A stretch of DNA of 16,498 nt, taken from Ignavibacteriota bacterium (lineage in GTDB: Bacteria; Bacteroidota; Ignavibacteria; UBA10030; CAVZMI01). The stretch's first letter is position 1; each line of letters starts with the position of its first letter. The notes beneath the pieces were generated by a model. The model made no database searches. It was given only the letters and a program-made list of their open reading frames with translations, and was not told where the DNA came from. The stretch covers positions 1 through 16,498 of the forward strand of contig CAVZMI010000031.1 in the NCBI GenBank assembly GCA_963776275.1. The letters run 5' to 3'. Positions 8,033 through 16,498 of the stretch are shown in pieces. The translations under genes were made by a program, and so were the position numbers.

Positions 8033-9709
8033 ATGAAAAACCTTTCATGGTGTTTTCTGATAATCCTTTGTGTGGTTTTTGTGAGCCACGCAAGGAGCGA
8101 GGCGATCTACAATTTTAAATTCTCACCACCGTCGCCAGCGTTGCTTCAGCTTGATCAAGATCTGAATATTATGTTCGACTATATAAGCACTGAGCCCGGT
8201 GGTATCCGAGTTTTCGTTCTACCATATACCGATGGATCACCGACAAACGGTTACATCGTTCCACCATCGCCTGTCTATCCGATCGGCAGCGGCCACGCTT
8301 CCGCGTGGATCAGGTTCACAAAGGATAGCGTCGTTGTCGATCAAATACTTTTCCAGGTCACAACAGCCGATCAGTCGCGCGTAATAATGGAGTTTTTTAT
8401 ACCGGTAGACTACCACTTCTCGTACAATTCAATTTTCAACATTGTCATGACACCCGCATCTCCGGCACCGCTTCAGTTCTACAATGATATACAACTGACA
8501 TACAATTATACGACCGATCATGCAGAAGGAGTGCGGATTCAAGCCCTGCCGTATACACATGGTCTCCCGACTCAGCATTATTCCGTAACGGGATCTCCTT
8601 TATACCCGACGGGCAGCGGTAGTGTCAGTGGTGGCATCACAATCATGTCAGATGAGGCAATCGTCGATTCCATTCAATTCCGGATGTACAAAGAGGATGG
8701 GAATCAGGTGCTGCTGGAGTTTTACCTTCCGGTTCAGTACCATTTTGCCAACAATGCAATCTCCAATGTTAAGTGCGACGTACCATCTCCGGCGGCGGTT
8801 ACATCGGGTCAGTACCTGAATTTCACGTTTGACTATACCACAAACCAGTCAGGAGGCGTGTGGATCTTCACCAGACCAATTACAAACGGGGGATATAGTC
8901 CGGGCTACGGTGCATCGGCTGGTGCACCGTGTGACTCGGGGAATGGAAGCGGAAGCGGATATTTCACAATCTCAGGCGATGTATGGGTGGACTCGGTGCT
9001 ATTCGAGATATGGAACCGCGAAATGTCCGCCGTATTACTCGACTACTTCGTCCCTGTTACCTATCACTTCGGAAGTCATGCTATAACAAACATTAAGTTC
9101 TCGCCCGCATCTCCGGCATATTTCACCAACGGCCCGCTCGATACCTGTACGTTCAATTACACGACAAACGTACCCAGAAGCGTGTTAATAGATGCAGTAC
9201 CGTTCTCCGATACTGCAAAGACACCACACTGCAGCTGGTCTCCATCTCCATTCTTACCGCCTGGCACCGGCATTGACACTACAGATTTCAATGTCACTTC
9301 CGGAAATGCTGTAGTTGACAAGATAAGATTCCGGATGTATGATTCGACTTTCAACATCGTCTTGCTGGAGTTTTTCGTACCGGTGGAATTCCACTATGGA
9401 TCAGAAATCTTAGTCGGAGTGAAGAAATATAATTCGGATGTATCTTCTTCATTCAGTCTCTCACAGAATTATCCGAATCCGTTCAATCCCGTTACTACAA
9501 TCGACTATCAACTGCCGAAGCAAAGTCATGTAACGCTCAGAGTGTTTGATGTGCTGGGTAGAGAAGTCGCGACGCTTGTGAACGGAATTGAAGAGCCCGG
9601 CTATAAATCGGTAAAATTTAATGCAGACAGATTCTCAACCGGTGTGTATTACTATCGACTGCAGGCCGGAGATTATGTTCAAACTAAAAAATTACTTTTG
9701 CTAAGGTGA
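8033..9709 (+). CDS. T9SS type A sorting-domain protein with four tandem ~109-aa beta-sandwich-like repeats
   Basis: RBS AAGGAGG precedes ATG 8033; signal peptide present. Repeats begin (A/S)IxN....(P/A)SPA and end (F/Y)xPVx(Y/F)H(F/Y). C-terminal domain LSQNYPNPFNP...GVYYYRL...TKKLLLLR. Confidence 0.9.
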   Translation: MKNLSWCFLIILCVVFVSHARSEAIYNFKFSPPSPALLQLDQDLNIMFDYISTEPGGIRVFVLPYTDGSPTNGYIVPPSPVYPIGSGHASAWIRFTKDSVVVDQILFQVTTADQSRVIMEFFIPVDYHFSYNSIFNIVMTPASPAPLQFYNDIQLTYNYTTDHAEGVRIQALPYTHGLPTQHYSVTGSPLYPTGSGSVSGGITIMSDEAIVDSIQFRMYKEDGNQVLLEFYLPVQYHFANNAISNVKCDVPSPAAVTSGQYLNFTFDYTTNQSGGVWIFTRPITNGGYSPGYGASAGAPCDSGNGSGSGYFTISGDVWVDSVLFEIWNREMSAVLLDYFVPVTYHFGSHAITNIKFSPASPAYFTNGPLDTCTFNYTTNVPRSVLIDAVPFSDTAKTPHCSWSPSPFLPPGTGIDTTDFNVTSGNAVVDKIRFRMYDSTFNIVLLEFFVPVEFHYGSEILVGVKKYNSDVSSSFSLSQNYPNPFNPVTTIDYQLPKQSHVTLRVFDVLGREVATLVNGIEEPGYKSVKFNADRFSTGVYYYRLQAGDYVQTKKLLLLR

Positions 9710-9760
9710 CATATAACAGGCCGGACAATCGGCGTTTGCTCGTTTGCAAATAGATATAAA

Positions 9761-9859
9761 TAATAGAAATCAATCCCGTCCCGCCACACCGACGCACTAG
9801 AAAATAATTCTAATTACGCCGGGAGGGGGACGGGTCTGCAATACGTTGAATTTCTATTA
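9761..9859. repeat. Long imperfect inverted repeat, possibly a degenerate attC
   Basis: TAATAGAAAT-CAA pairs with TTG-A-ATTTCTATTA, and CCCGTCCC (9775-82) pairs with GGGACGGG (9827-34). GTTGAAT at 9845 fits GTTRRRY. Confidence 0.55.
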
Positions 9860-9919
9860 AGAAGAATGAATTTATATACATAAGAACAGAGTAAAGTTCA
9901 ACCACTGCCCGGTGCTGTA

Positions 9920-9948
9920 TTGCATTTCTCTCCCCCATTTCGTACTTT
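9920..9948 (+). promoter_or_regulatory. Putative sigma70 promoter
   Basis: TTGCAT-N17-TACTTT upstream of CDS 10069. Confidence 0.45.
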
Positions 9949-10068
9949 TCCCACACTTTTTAGAACCTTCCGAAATGCATTATCCAAGATAAATCAGAAA
10001 GAAGTTTAGGTAATTGATATGCTCCTTCCTTCAGCAGATACACTGGCTTTATACGAAAGGAAATTCCT

Positions 10069-11550
10069 ATGAAACGGATTTACTTTTTATCCGGTTTGAT
10101 TTTACTGCTCGCCTGGGCGGCACAGGGGCAAACGTTTCATTCAGGCTATGTTTCAGGAATATGGTATGCAGGCAGCAACCCGCATGTCATTACAGGCGAT
10201 GTGGTTGTGCCGCCCGATAGCCTTCTCACCCTTGAAGCGGGAGTTGAAGTCAGGTTCGACGGTCATTATAAATTCTTAGTCCACGGAACTCTCCGTGCGA
10301 TTGGAACACCTGCAGACAGCATTATCTTCACATGGAACCGTACGGCTGATGACAGCAGATGGTGGGGTATCAGATTCGATACCACATCTGTCGACACGAA
10401 TATTCTCCGGTACTGCATCATTGAGCACGGATATGCCGACGATGGTATCTACAATGGTTCCTACGACGACAGGGGTGGCGGTGTTTTTTGCCGCAACTCA
10501 AACTTGATCATCGAAAACTGTCATATCACATATAATACCGGATCGACTGGCGGAGGCATCTATGTTCTTAATTTTCTTTACAATGGAGCAATAAGGTGCG
10601 CCTATATCAGATCTAATCTGATCGACAGCAACAGTGCGATCAGCAGCGGCTATAACGCTTGTGGAGGAGGAGGTATAAATGTTGAGATGGGAAATACTCT
10701 TATCGAGCGAAACCTCATTATAGGCAATTCATATTCCGGTAACAGTGGTAACTTTGAAGGCGGAGGAGGAATTTTCGTTTCTCACTCAATTGTGAACGGT
10801 TTAATAACGATACTGAACAATACAATCTACGGAAATACGAGTCCGAAAGGAGCTGGTATACACACCTCAAGAGGATTCGACGGCGTGATTGAAAACAATA
10901 TAATCTGGAGAAATAGGGGAAGCGTCAACAACGATCAGATCACTATTGAAACCGATTACGATCCAAAGCCGATACCTGCCGGATTAACAATCAATTACAA
11001 TGACATACAAGATTCGGCTATTGTCGTGGTGTATCAAAATGACCGGCAGGATACAGCGTATGCGTGGCTCAACAATATATCAGCCGATCCGGGATTTGCC
11101 GACACGGCGAGTTACAACTTCAACTTGACGGAGAGCTCTCCATGCCTCGATGCCGGCGATCCTATATCTGTACACGACCCCGATAACACAGTTGCCGACA
11201 TCGGTGCATTCTACTTCTGGCATATCAACGGGATCCAGGAGAGCAATCAAACGCCCAGATATTTTTCTCTGGAACAGAATTATCCGAATCCTTTCAATCC
11301 ATCTACAACTATTCGATTCTTGCTACCGCAGGCATCCGATGTCAATTTAAGCATCTACAACGTTTTAGGTGAAAGAATAGCCGTGGTGGTGTCCGAACAT
11401 TTGAACGCCGGGACACATTTGGTAGAATGGAATGCATCCGGACTTGCAAGCGGCGTGTATTTCTATCGGTTATCCGCCTTTCCTCTGGAAAGTCGAGACA
11501 GGCAGGCCGGATCATTTAATAAAACAAAGAAGCTCATTTTACTCAAATAG
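10069..11550 (+). CDS. T9SS type A sorting-domain protein with right-handed parallel beta-helix repeats
   Basis: Signal peptide, LTLEAGVEVRF, GTPADSIIFT..WWGIRF, GGG(I/V) and N-rich repeats, SPCLDAGDP..DPDNTVADIGAF, and a C-terminal domain LEQNYPNPFNP...KTKKLILLK. Confidence 0.9.
   Translation: MKRIYFLSGLILLLAWAAQGQTFHSGYVSGIWYAGSNPHVITGDVVVPPDSLLTLEAGVEVRFDGHYKFLVHGTLRAIGTPADSIIFTWNRTADDSRWWGIRFDTTSVDTNILRYCIIEHGYADDGIYNGSYDDRGGGVFCRNSNLIIENCHITYNTGSTGGGIYVLNFLYNGAIRCAYIRSNLIDSNSAISSGYNACGGGGINVEMGNTLIERNLIIGNSYSGNSGNFEGGGGIFVSHSIVNGLITILNNTIYGNTSPKGAGIHTSRGFDGVIENNIIWRNRGSVNNDQITIETDYDPKPIPAGLTINYNDIQDSAIVVVYQNDRQDTAYAWLNNISADPGFADTASYNFNLTESSPCLDAGDPISVHDPDNTVADIGAFYFWHINGIQESNQTPRYFSLEQNYPNPFNPSTTIRFLLPQASDVNLSIYNVLGERIAVVVSEHLNAGTHLVEWNASGLASGVYFYRLSAFPLESRDRQAGSFNKTKKLILLK
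11275..11550 (+). repeat. T9SS tail DNA repeat, copy 1 (copy 2 at 13734-13979)
   Basis: 27 mismatches in 246 aligned nt by hand count, plus a 30-nt insertion in this copy. Confidence 0.92.
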
Positions 11551-11845
11551 TATCATCCATCTAGCTAAATGCGGGTCATTCGGAATTGAAGAAGCAAGAA
11601 TAGGATTATTTCAATTCGTTTCTTTTCCATTAAAAAGCTATATTCGTAATAACTTCAGGAGAAACAGTGAAGCCGGTCAACGTACGTCAGACGGCTGGCA
11701 ACTATACGATGATATTTGATGTAAGAAGTTAGATAAGTGGAGTTTATAACTAACCATAATATACGAGGAGGTGTCCATGAAATACTCTATTACAATATTA
11801 TTATTTCTATTTCTTGTGCAAATGAGCGCAGCACAAACAAAACAG

Positions 11846-13120
11846 ATTGCTTACATCTATTCTTCAGCTTTGCCGTCCGATTCGAGCGCTGCATTTGATT
11901 ATAAATCCTTCCTCGATTCGAACGGATATTCTACATATCTGATAAGAATGAGCGATGTTCAGAGTACCGATTTTTCTTCCTACAGTGCAATCTTGATCGG
12001 TAACGGTACAGGAAACCTTAATATATGGGGAGATTCTTCCTCAGTAATGGCAATCAATAATTTCAACAAACCCATCATAGGTCTCGGTGAAGGTGGATAT
12101 GCATATTTTGGAAAGCTTTCGTTGATGATCGGTTATAGCAATGGAGGGCACGGTTCGGCGAGCGGCGTATATGTTGTTCAGCCTCAGCATACCATCTTTA
12201 ATACTCCTAACTCCATCACAATCCCTTCAGATTCAGTCGTTTCATTGTACAATGTTCCAAGCAACGAGGTAGCAATTTTTTTACCGGTTCCACCTCTTAA
12301 TGTCAATTTGATGGGTCGCGATGTGATCCTAACTAGCTATTATCCTTTAGTTCAAGAAAAAACAAAATACTTCCTCTGGGGATTCTCCGATCCACCATCA
12401 AAGATGACTCAAACCGGCAATTTACTCTTCCTTAATATCGTTAATTGCATGATTAAAATGGGTCAATCAATAAAAATCGCTTACATTTTCAATTCAAATT
12501 TGTCAACTGACTCGAGCGACGCATTTTCTTATCAGTCCTTCTTGTATTCGAGCGGGTATTCCACAACCTTGATAAAGATGAACGAGGTTCCTAGCATCGA
12601 TTTTTCTTCCTACAGCGTAATCTTGATCGGTGACGGTACGGGAAACATGGATTTATGGGGAGATTCTTCCATCGTTGGAGCAATCGATAACGCAGCCAAA
12701 CCAATCATCGGTCTCGGTGAAGGAGGATATGCATATTTTGGTAGGCTTTCGCTCAAAATTGGCTGGCCTAACGGATGGCATGGTCCAGGAAAGCAGCATA
12801 TATATTGTTCAGCCTCAACATGCGATCTTCAACACTCCTCATCCCATTGTAGTCCCTTCAGATTCAGTCGTTACATTGGGTAATGTTCAAGTTCCAGGCA
12901 ACGAAGTGGGAATCTATATACCGGTTCCACCTCTTAATGTCAATTTACTTGGTCGCGAAGTGAACGAGAGCGATACCAGCCATAACCATTATCCTTTAGT
13001 TCAAGAAAAAACAAAATATTTCTTCTGGGGATTCTCCGATCCACCATCAAATATGACTCAAACCGCTAACTTACTTTTCCTTAATATTGTTGATTATATG
13101 ACTAAGATGAGCCAATCGAT
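11846..13120 (+). repeat. Intragenic tandem duplication with a 630-nt period
   Basis: Copy 1 at 11846-12471 and copy 2 at 12476-13120 share long exact runs such as CCGGTTCCACCTCTTAATGTCAATTT and TATCCTTTAGTTCAAGAAAAAACAAAATA. Confidence 0.93.
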
Positions 13121-13733
13121 CCCGCAAAGCGACCTCATAGCATATTATCCGTTAGACTCGAGTCCCAATGACTCTACAGGGAATTATGGCAAAATGATAC
13201 TAAACAACACTCCTTTCCAGGATGGAGGAATCTATTGCAATGGCAACTACGGAGAATGTCAGGCTGAAACTCCGGTTTTCCCCCCATCAATTTTTAATTC
13301 ATTCTATGTCACTGTCAAATTCAAGGTGAGTACCATCCCAGGGTACGAAAGACCTGTTATAATAGGTGGAACTGGATGGAGATGGATTGGGATCCTTTTA
13401 ACGCCCGACAGCACTGTAACGCTTTACTACAATAATAATAACCGGCAGCATAGCACCTTGCACTATTCCAGAAACACCTGGCATGAAGCGGCACTTGATT
13501 ATGATAGTTCTAATGCCATAGCACGACTATATTTGGATGGAGTATTGGCGTGTTCTGTCCGCTATACGATCGAGCACGGGCCTGAATATGATCGAACTTT
13601 CGGCATTTCGAACCCTAACAATGCGACGATTTTTAACGGAATTCTAAGAGATCTAAAAATTTATTCTTCGGCAATTTCCCTGACAAATATATTTGATACG
13701 CCTTTTCAGGAACTGAAATCTTTCCAGTTATTA

Positions 13734-13979
13734 CAGAACTATCCGAATCCTTTTAATCCATCTACAACTATTCGATTTTCGCTGCCGAAGGCATCTGATG
13801 TCAATTTGAGCATCTACAACATTTTAGGCGAAAGAATAACTGTGTTGGTGTCCGAACATATGAATGCCGGGCCCCATTTAGTAGAATGGAATGCATCCGG
13901 TTTTGCAAGCGGCGTGTATTTCTATCGGTTAGAGGCCGGATCATTCAACAAAACAAAGAAGCTCATCCTCATCAAATAG
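13734..13979 (+). repeat. T9SS tail DNA repeat, copy 2
   Basis: Aligns to 11275-11550 and ends at the equivalent AAATAG stop. Confidence 0.92.
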
Positions 13980-14111
13980 GTTCTGCAGGCAGAGCTTTGT
14001 TTGAAAGAAATAAATTAATTCGCATTGATGATCGCCAATAACTCTTAAAAAAAGAAGAGTGGATTGACAAAATACTTGTGGATTTCGAAGACTAACATCG
14101 GGAGAAAAAGG

Positions 14112-14411
14112 ATGTATATAAGATTGATAGTGGTAATACTCATACTCGTTTCTGTTGCCTTCTTTACCGGCTGCGCACCGGGAGGCGGACATTATTCCCA
14201 GGAAAAACCGGCAGGCTTTTTTTCAGGAATCTGGCACGGGTGGATCGCACCGGTTACACTGATAATCGGCCTCTTCGACGGGAATATACGGATCTACGAA
14301 CAGTACAATACCGGCTGGTGGTACGATTTCGGATTCTATATCGCGGTCATCGGCGGGTTCGGCGGTATCTCATTTATCAGAAAGCAATCGAAGAAAAAAC
14401 CCGGACAATAG
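14112..14411 (+). CDS. Small membrane lipoprotein, hypothetical
   Basis: ATG 14112 follows GGAG/AAGG. Lipobox FTG-C and motif PAGFFSGIWHGWIAP...IRIYE..NTGWWYDFGF. Confidence 0.8.
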   Translation: MYIRLIVVILILVSVAFFTGCAPGGGHYSQEKPAGFFSGIWHGWIAPVTLIIGLFDGNIRIYEQYNTGWWYDFGFYIAVIGGFGGISFIRKQSKKKPGQ

Positions 14412-14428
14412 AAAAACGGGATTAATAA

Positions 14429-15184
14429 ATGAAAAAGAAAACGATGAAAGATTCAAAAACAAACTATAATAATTCTCGATGGGCAGATGACAGTTTCGTA
14501 AACGAATACTTGAGAGATGGCGATATATATATTCCTCAAAGAAAACAAGTATTACAATTAATTAAATCAATATTCTCTTTTTATGTCAATAAAAACACAA
14601 AAAGACCTTATATCATCGATCTGGGATGCGGCGATGGGGCTATAACCAAAGCACTATTGGAAATCAATAAAAATCTTCTGGTAACGTTAGTCGATGGCTC
14701 AAAAAATATGCTTGAGTCTGCAAGAAAAAACATTCCGGATATCAATATAAAGAACGCCATCAATATTTCATTTCAAGATCTTTTTAATTCATCTGCCATC
14801 GAAGATGATGCGGATTTTATCGTTTCGTCGTTGGCAATACACCATTTAAATGAAAACGAAAAAGGCCGCCTGTTTAAATATGTTTATAGAAAATTAAAAA
14901 CCGGCGGCCTATTTGTAAATTATGATCCGGTTTCGTCTCCTTCTCAGGAACTGGAGCGACTTGATTTAATTATCTGGAAAGAATGGATATTGAATTATGA
15001 AGCAAAAATAAGACCAAAGAGAAAGAAATCGCTTGATTATATTCCATCACAATACAAAAATAATAAAGATAACGTCCCCAGTTCTATAGAATCTCAATTA
15101 GAAATGATGAAAAAAGCGGGTTTTTCAGATGTTAATCTCTATTACAAATACGGATTGTTTTGCCTATTTGGCGGGAGAAAATAA
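14429..15184 (+). CDS. Class I SAM-dependent methyltransferase (CmoA-like group, substrate unknown)
   Basis: Motif I IIDLGCGDG, plus VDGS..ML, IVSSLAIHHL, LKTGGLFVNYD and AGF. Confidence 0.9.
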   Translation: MKKKTMKDSKTNYNNSRWADDSFVNEYLRDGDIYIPQRKQVLQLIKSIFSFYVNKNTKRPYIIDLGCGDGAITKALLEINKNLLVTLVDGSKNMLESARKNIPDINIKNAINISFQDLFNSSAIEDDADFIVSSLAIHHLNENEKGRLFKYVYRKLKTGGLFVNYDPVSSPSQELERLDLIIWKEWILNYEAKIRPKRKKSLDYIPSQYKNNKDNVPSSIESQLEMMKKAGFSDVNLYYKYGLFCLFGGRK

Positions 15185-15226
15185 AAACCCGAAAATAATT
15201 CATTCACTTAAAGGAAAGACGATCTA

Positions 15227-15565
15227 ATGACAGGAAACGTTTGCCCAAAATGTGGAAAGGCAGTCATGCCTTATTCCCGGTTTCTGCGTGAAGCAGAACC
15301 GTATCGAATTTCAAATTGTGGAAGCTGCGGTGTTAAACTGCGCAGGAGTCCTAAAGTTTATCTTCTTTTCCCTATCATGTGTATTGTGCTCGGTCTCATC
15401 GGAGTACCGGTTTTTCTCCAGCTGACGAAAGCGCAAGTTCATAACTGGATCAGTATGATAATTATTATTGTGCTCTTAACCGGATGGACTTTTCTCACAA
15501 ATTATTTAGGATGGCGCTTCATCGGCTGGGTTCCTCTCGAGGATGATAAAAAAAGTCAAGTGTAA
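15227..15565 (+). CDS. Zinc-ribbon (CxxC-x21-CxxC) protein with two TM helices
   Basis: CPKC...CGSC followed by two hydrophobic segments; resembles the cxxc_20_cxxc architecture. Confidence 0.78.
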   Translation: MTGNVCPKCGKAVMPYSRFLREAEPYRISNCGSCGVKLRRSPKVYLLFPIMCIVLGLIGVPVFLQLTKAQVHNWISMIIIIVLLTGWTFLTNYLGWRFIGWVPLEDDKKSQV

Positions 15566-15980
15566 ATCGGGGTTCATTTCTACGGGCTTCAGTCGGGAAT
15601 TTTCGATAAAACAAAGGAATTTGTCCTGCGTAAATGAGAGGTAACAGCACATATCATTCCGCACAATAGTCAGCATAATTTGATAGACGGTCGAGAAACC
15701 ACAGATATAATGAAGGAATATTCATGCGAAAGATTCAAATCTGCAATCAAATGCTTCAACAATTATAATCGATGCAGGATTTAGAATTCGCCTCAAGCAT
15801 TCCGGAGCCATAGACGATCTTTACGATTTCTTGAATGTCTATTTCGAACCAGTGCTGTCCAAAATATATTATTATTAGTTGATAATCCCCTCAAATATGT
15901 TACTTAAGGTATAGGTATTTCGATTTATGAATTGGGGCCATAGAAAACATGGTTATTTCCATAATAAATAATTTCTTGAC

Positions 15981-16267
15981 GACAAAATCGCTGGTTCCGC
16001 CGAAGGCGGGAGGAAGAAGCGAGGCCGTGTGTTGGCGCAATTTCGTGCGTTTCTCTGCCACGCCATAGAATACGGTGAGGCAGATCCGCCTTTGGCGGAG
16101 ATCGAGGCATATAAAAAGATATTCATCGCATTATCCTTGAATAATAAGGCCGAGATCGACGGACTCGCGGCTACCATCGCAAAAGCGCGGGTGGGATGCC
16201 ACCTTACGCGGGTTGCGATTTTGTCCTGTTTTCTTTCTGTCACTTTCTTTTCAAAAAGAAAGTGACA
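15981..16267. other. GC-rich structured non-coding element (MITE-like or ncRNA-like) with REP-type hairpins
   Basis: Perfect 11-bp inverted repeat GACAAAATCGC (15981-91) / GCGATTTTGTC (16215-25). Internal hairpins CCGCC-GAA-GGCGG, TCCGCC-TTT-GGCGGA and GGTGG-GATG-CCACC. A 13-bp stem lies at 16238-16267. Confidence 0.55.
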
Positions 16268-16377
16268 CCATTAACACTGTTCTTTCATAACAGCTATTTT
16301 GGACAAGTCTGATATTGAACAATTACTATCTGAAAATTAGGAGAGTTCCACATTTTTCACATTTTATTGCTTTTTCC

Positions 16378-16406
16378 TTGACTTTTAATAAGCTTTTCGT
16401 TAAAAT
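16378..16406 (+). promoter_or_regulatory. Putative sigma70 promoter for a gene beyond the window
   Basis: TTGACT-N17-TAAAAT, with 5/6 matches in both boxes. Confidence 0.6.
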
Positions 16407-16498
16407 TCTCCTGCCTTCCTAAGTTTCCTTCAATCAATGTATATGTAAAGTCACTAATATCTAATATTTTCCATGAATTTGTCGATAATATTATATGA

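Larger units (their letters stand above)
11777..13979 (+). pseudogene. Frameshifted T9SS cargo gene: signal peptide, 2x GATase1/flavodoxin-like domain, LamG-like domain and C-terminal sorting domain (ORFs 11771..12883 and 12630..13979)
   Basis: Alignment of the internal duplicate shows one extra base near 12785-12786 (GGT CCAG GAA AGC versus GGT TCG GCG AGC); removing it gives about 733 aa. LamG-like motifs LIAYYPLD, WHEAALDYD, LYLDG and FNGILRDLKIYS. The frameshift may be a sequencing error. Confidence 0.8.

Noticed and set aside
11275-13979. Diversity-generating retroelement TR/VR pair from the two similar tails
   Set aside because: Mismatches are largely synonymous and many are C/T rather than adenine-specific, both copies are coding, and there is no reverse transcriptase in the window.
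12630-13979. Independent 449-aa gene starting at 12630
   Set aside because: Its first ~52 residues are an off-frame reading of the duplicated domain and it has no signal peptide. It is the 3' part of the frameshifted gene.
262-14425. Short alternative-frame and antisense ORFs inside the main genes (e.g. 262..522, 606..872, 4456..4683, 8199..8384, 13941..14192, 14240..14425)
   Set aside because: They are shadow ORFs overlapping better-supported CDSs and show no motifs of their own.
14429-15184. Assigning the gene symbol cmoA, or calling it a DNA methyltransferase
   Set aside because: Only general class I SAM motifs are visible. There is no DPPY/NPPY or PC motif and no CmoA-specific evidence.
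15925-16265. ORFs 15925..16110, 15953..16243 and 16029..16265
   Set aside because: They overlap each other across a palindromic element and have no convincing RBS or recognisable motifs.

Overview
Bacterial accessory region in which all about 14 plausible genes lie on the + strand and base composition visibly changes from gene to gene. In order, it holds three hypothetical membrane or secreted protein genes, a dapF-dapL pair, an ACP-like protein followed by a probable beta-barrel, and a polytopic membrane protein. Then come three type IX secretion (T9SS, Por C-terminal domain) cargo genes, one of them frameshifted, a small lipoprotein, a class I SAM methyltransferase and a CxxC zinc-ribbon membrane protein. 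The DapF has Ser in place of both catalytic Cys. Several spacers contain degenerate attC-like hairpins, which suggests a decayed integron cassette array with no integrase in the window. The most unusual element is at 3035-3191: seven copies of a ~20-nt hairpin module (N4-TCGA-loop-CTC-N4') nested inside one another up to five levels deep, each with its own complementary stem. Two T9SS tails with unrelated passenger domains are about 89% identical at the DNA level by hand count. A structured, inverted-repeat-bounded element lies at 15981-16267. All calls come from reading motifs; no database searches were run.
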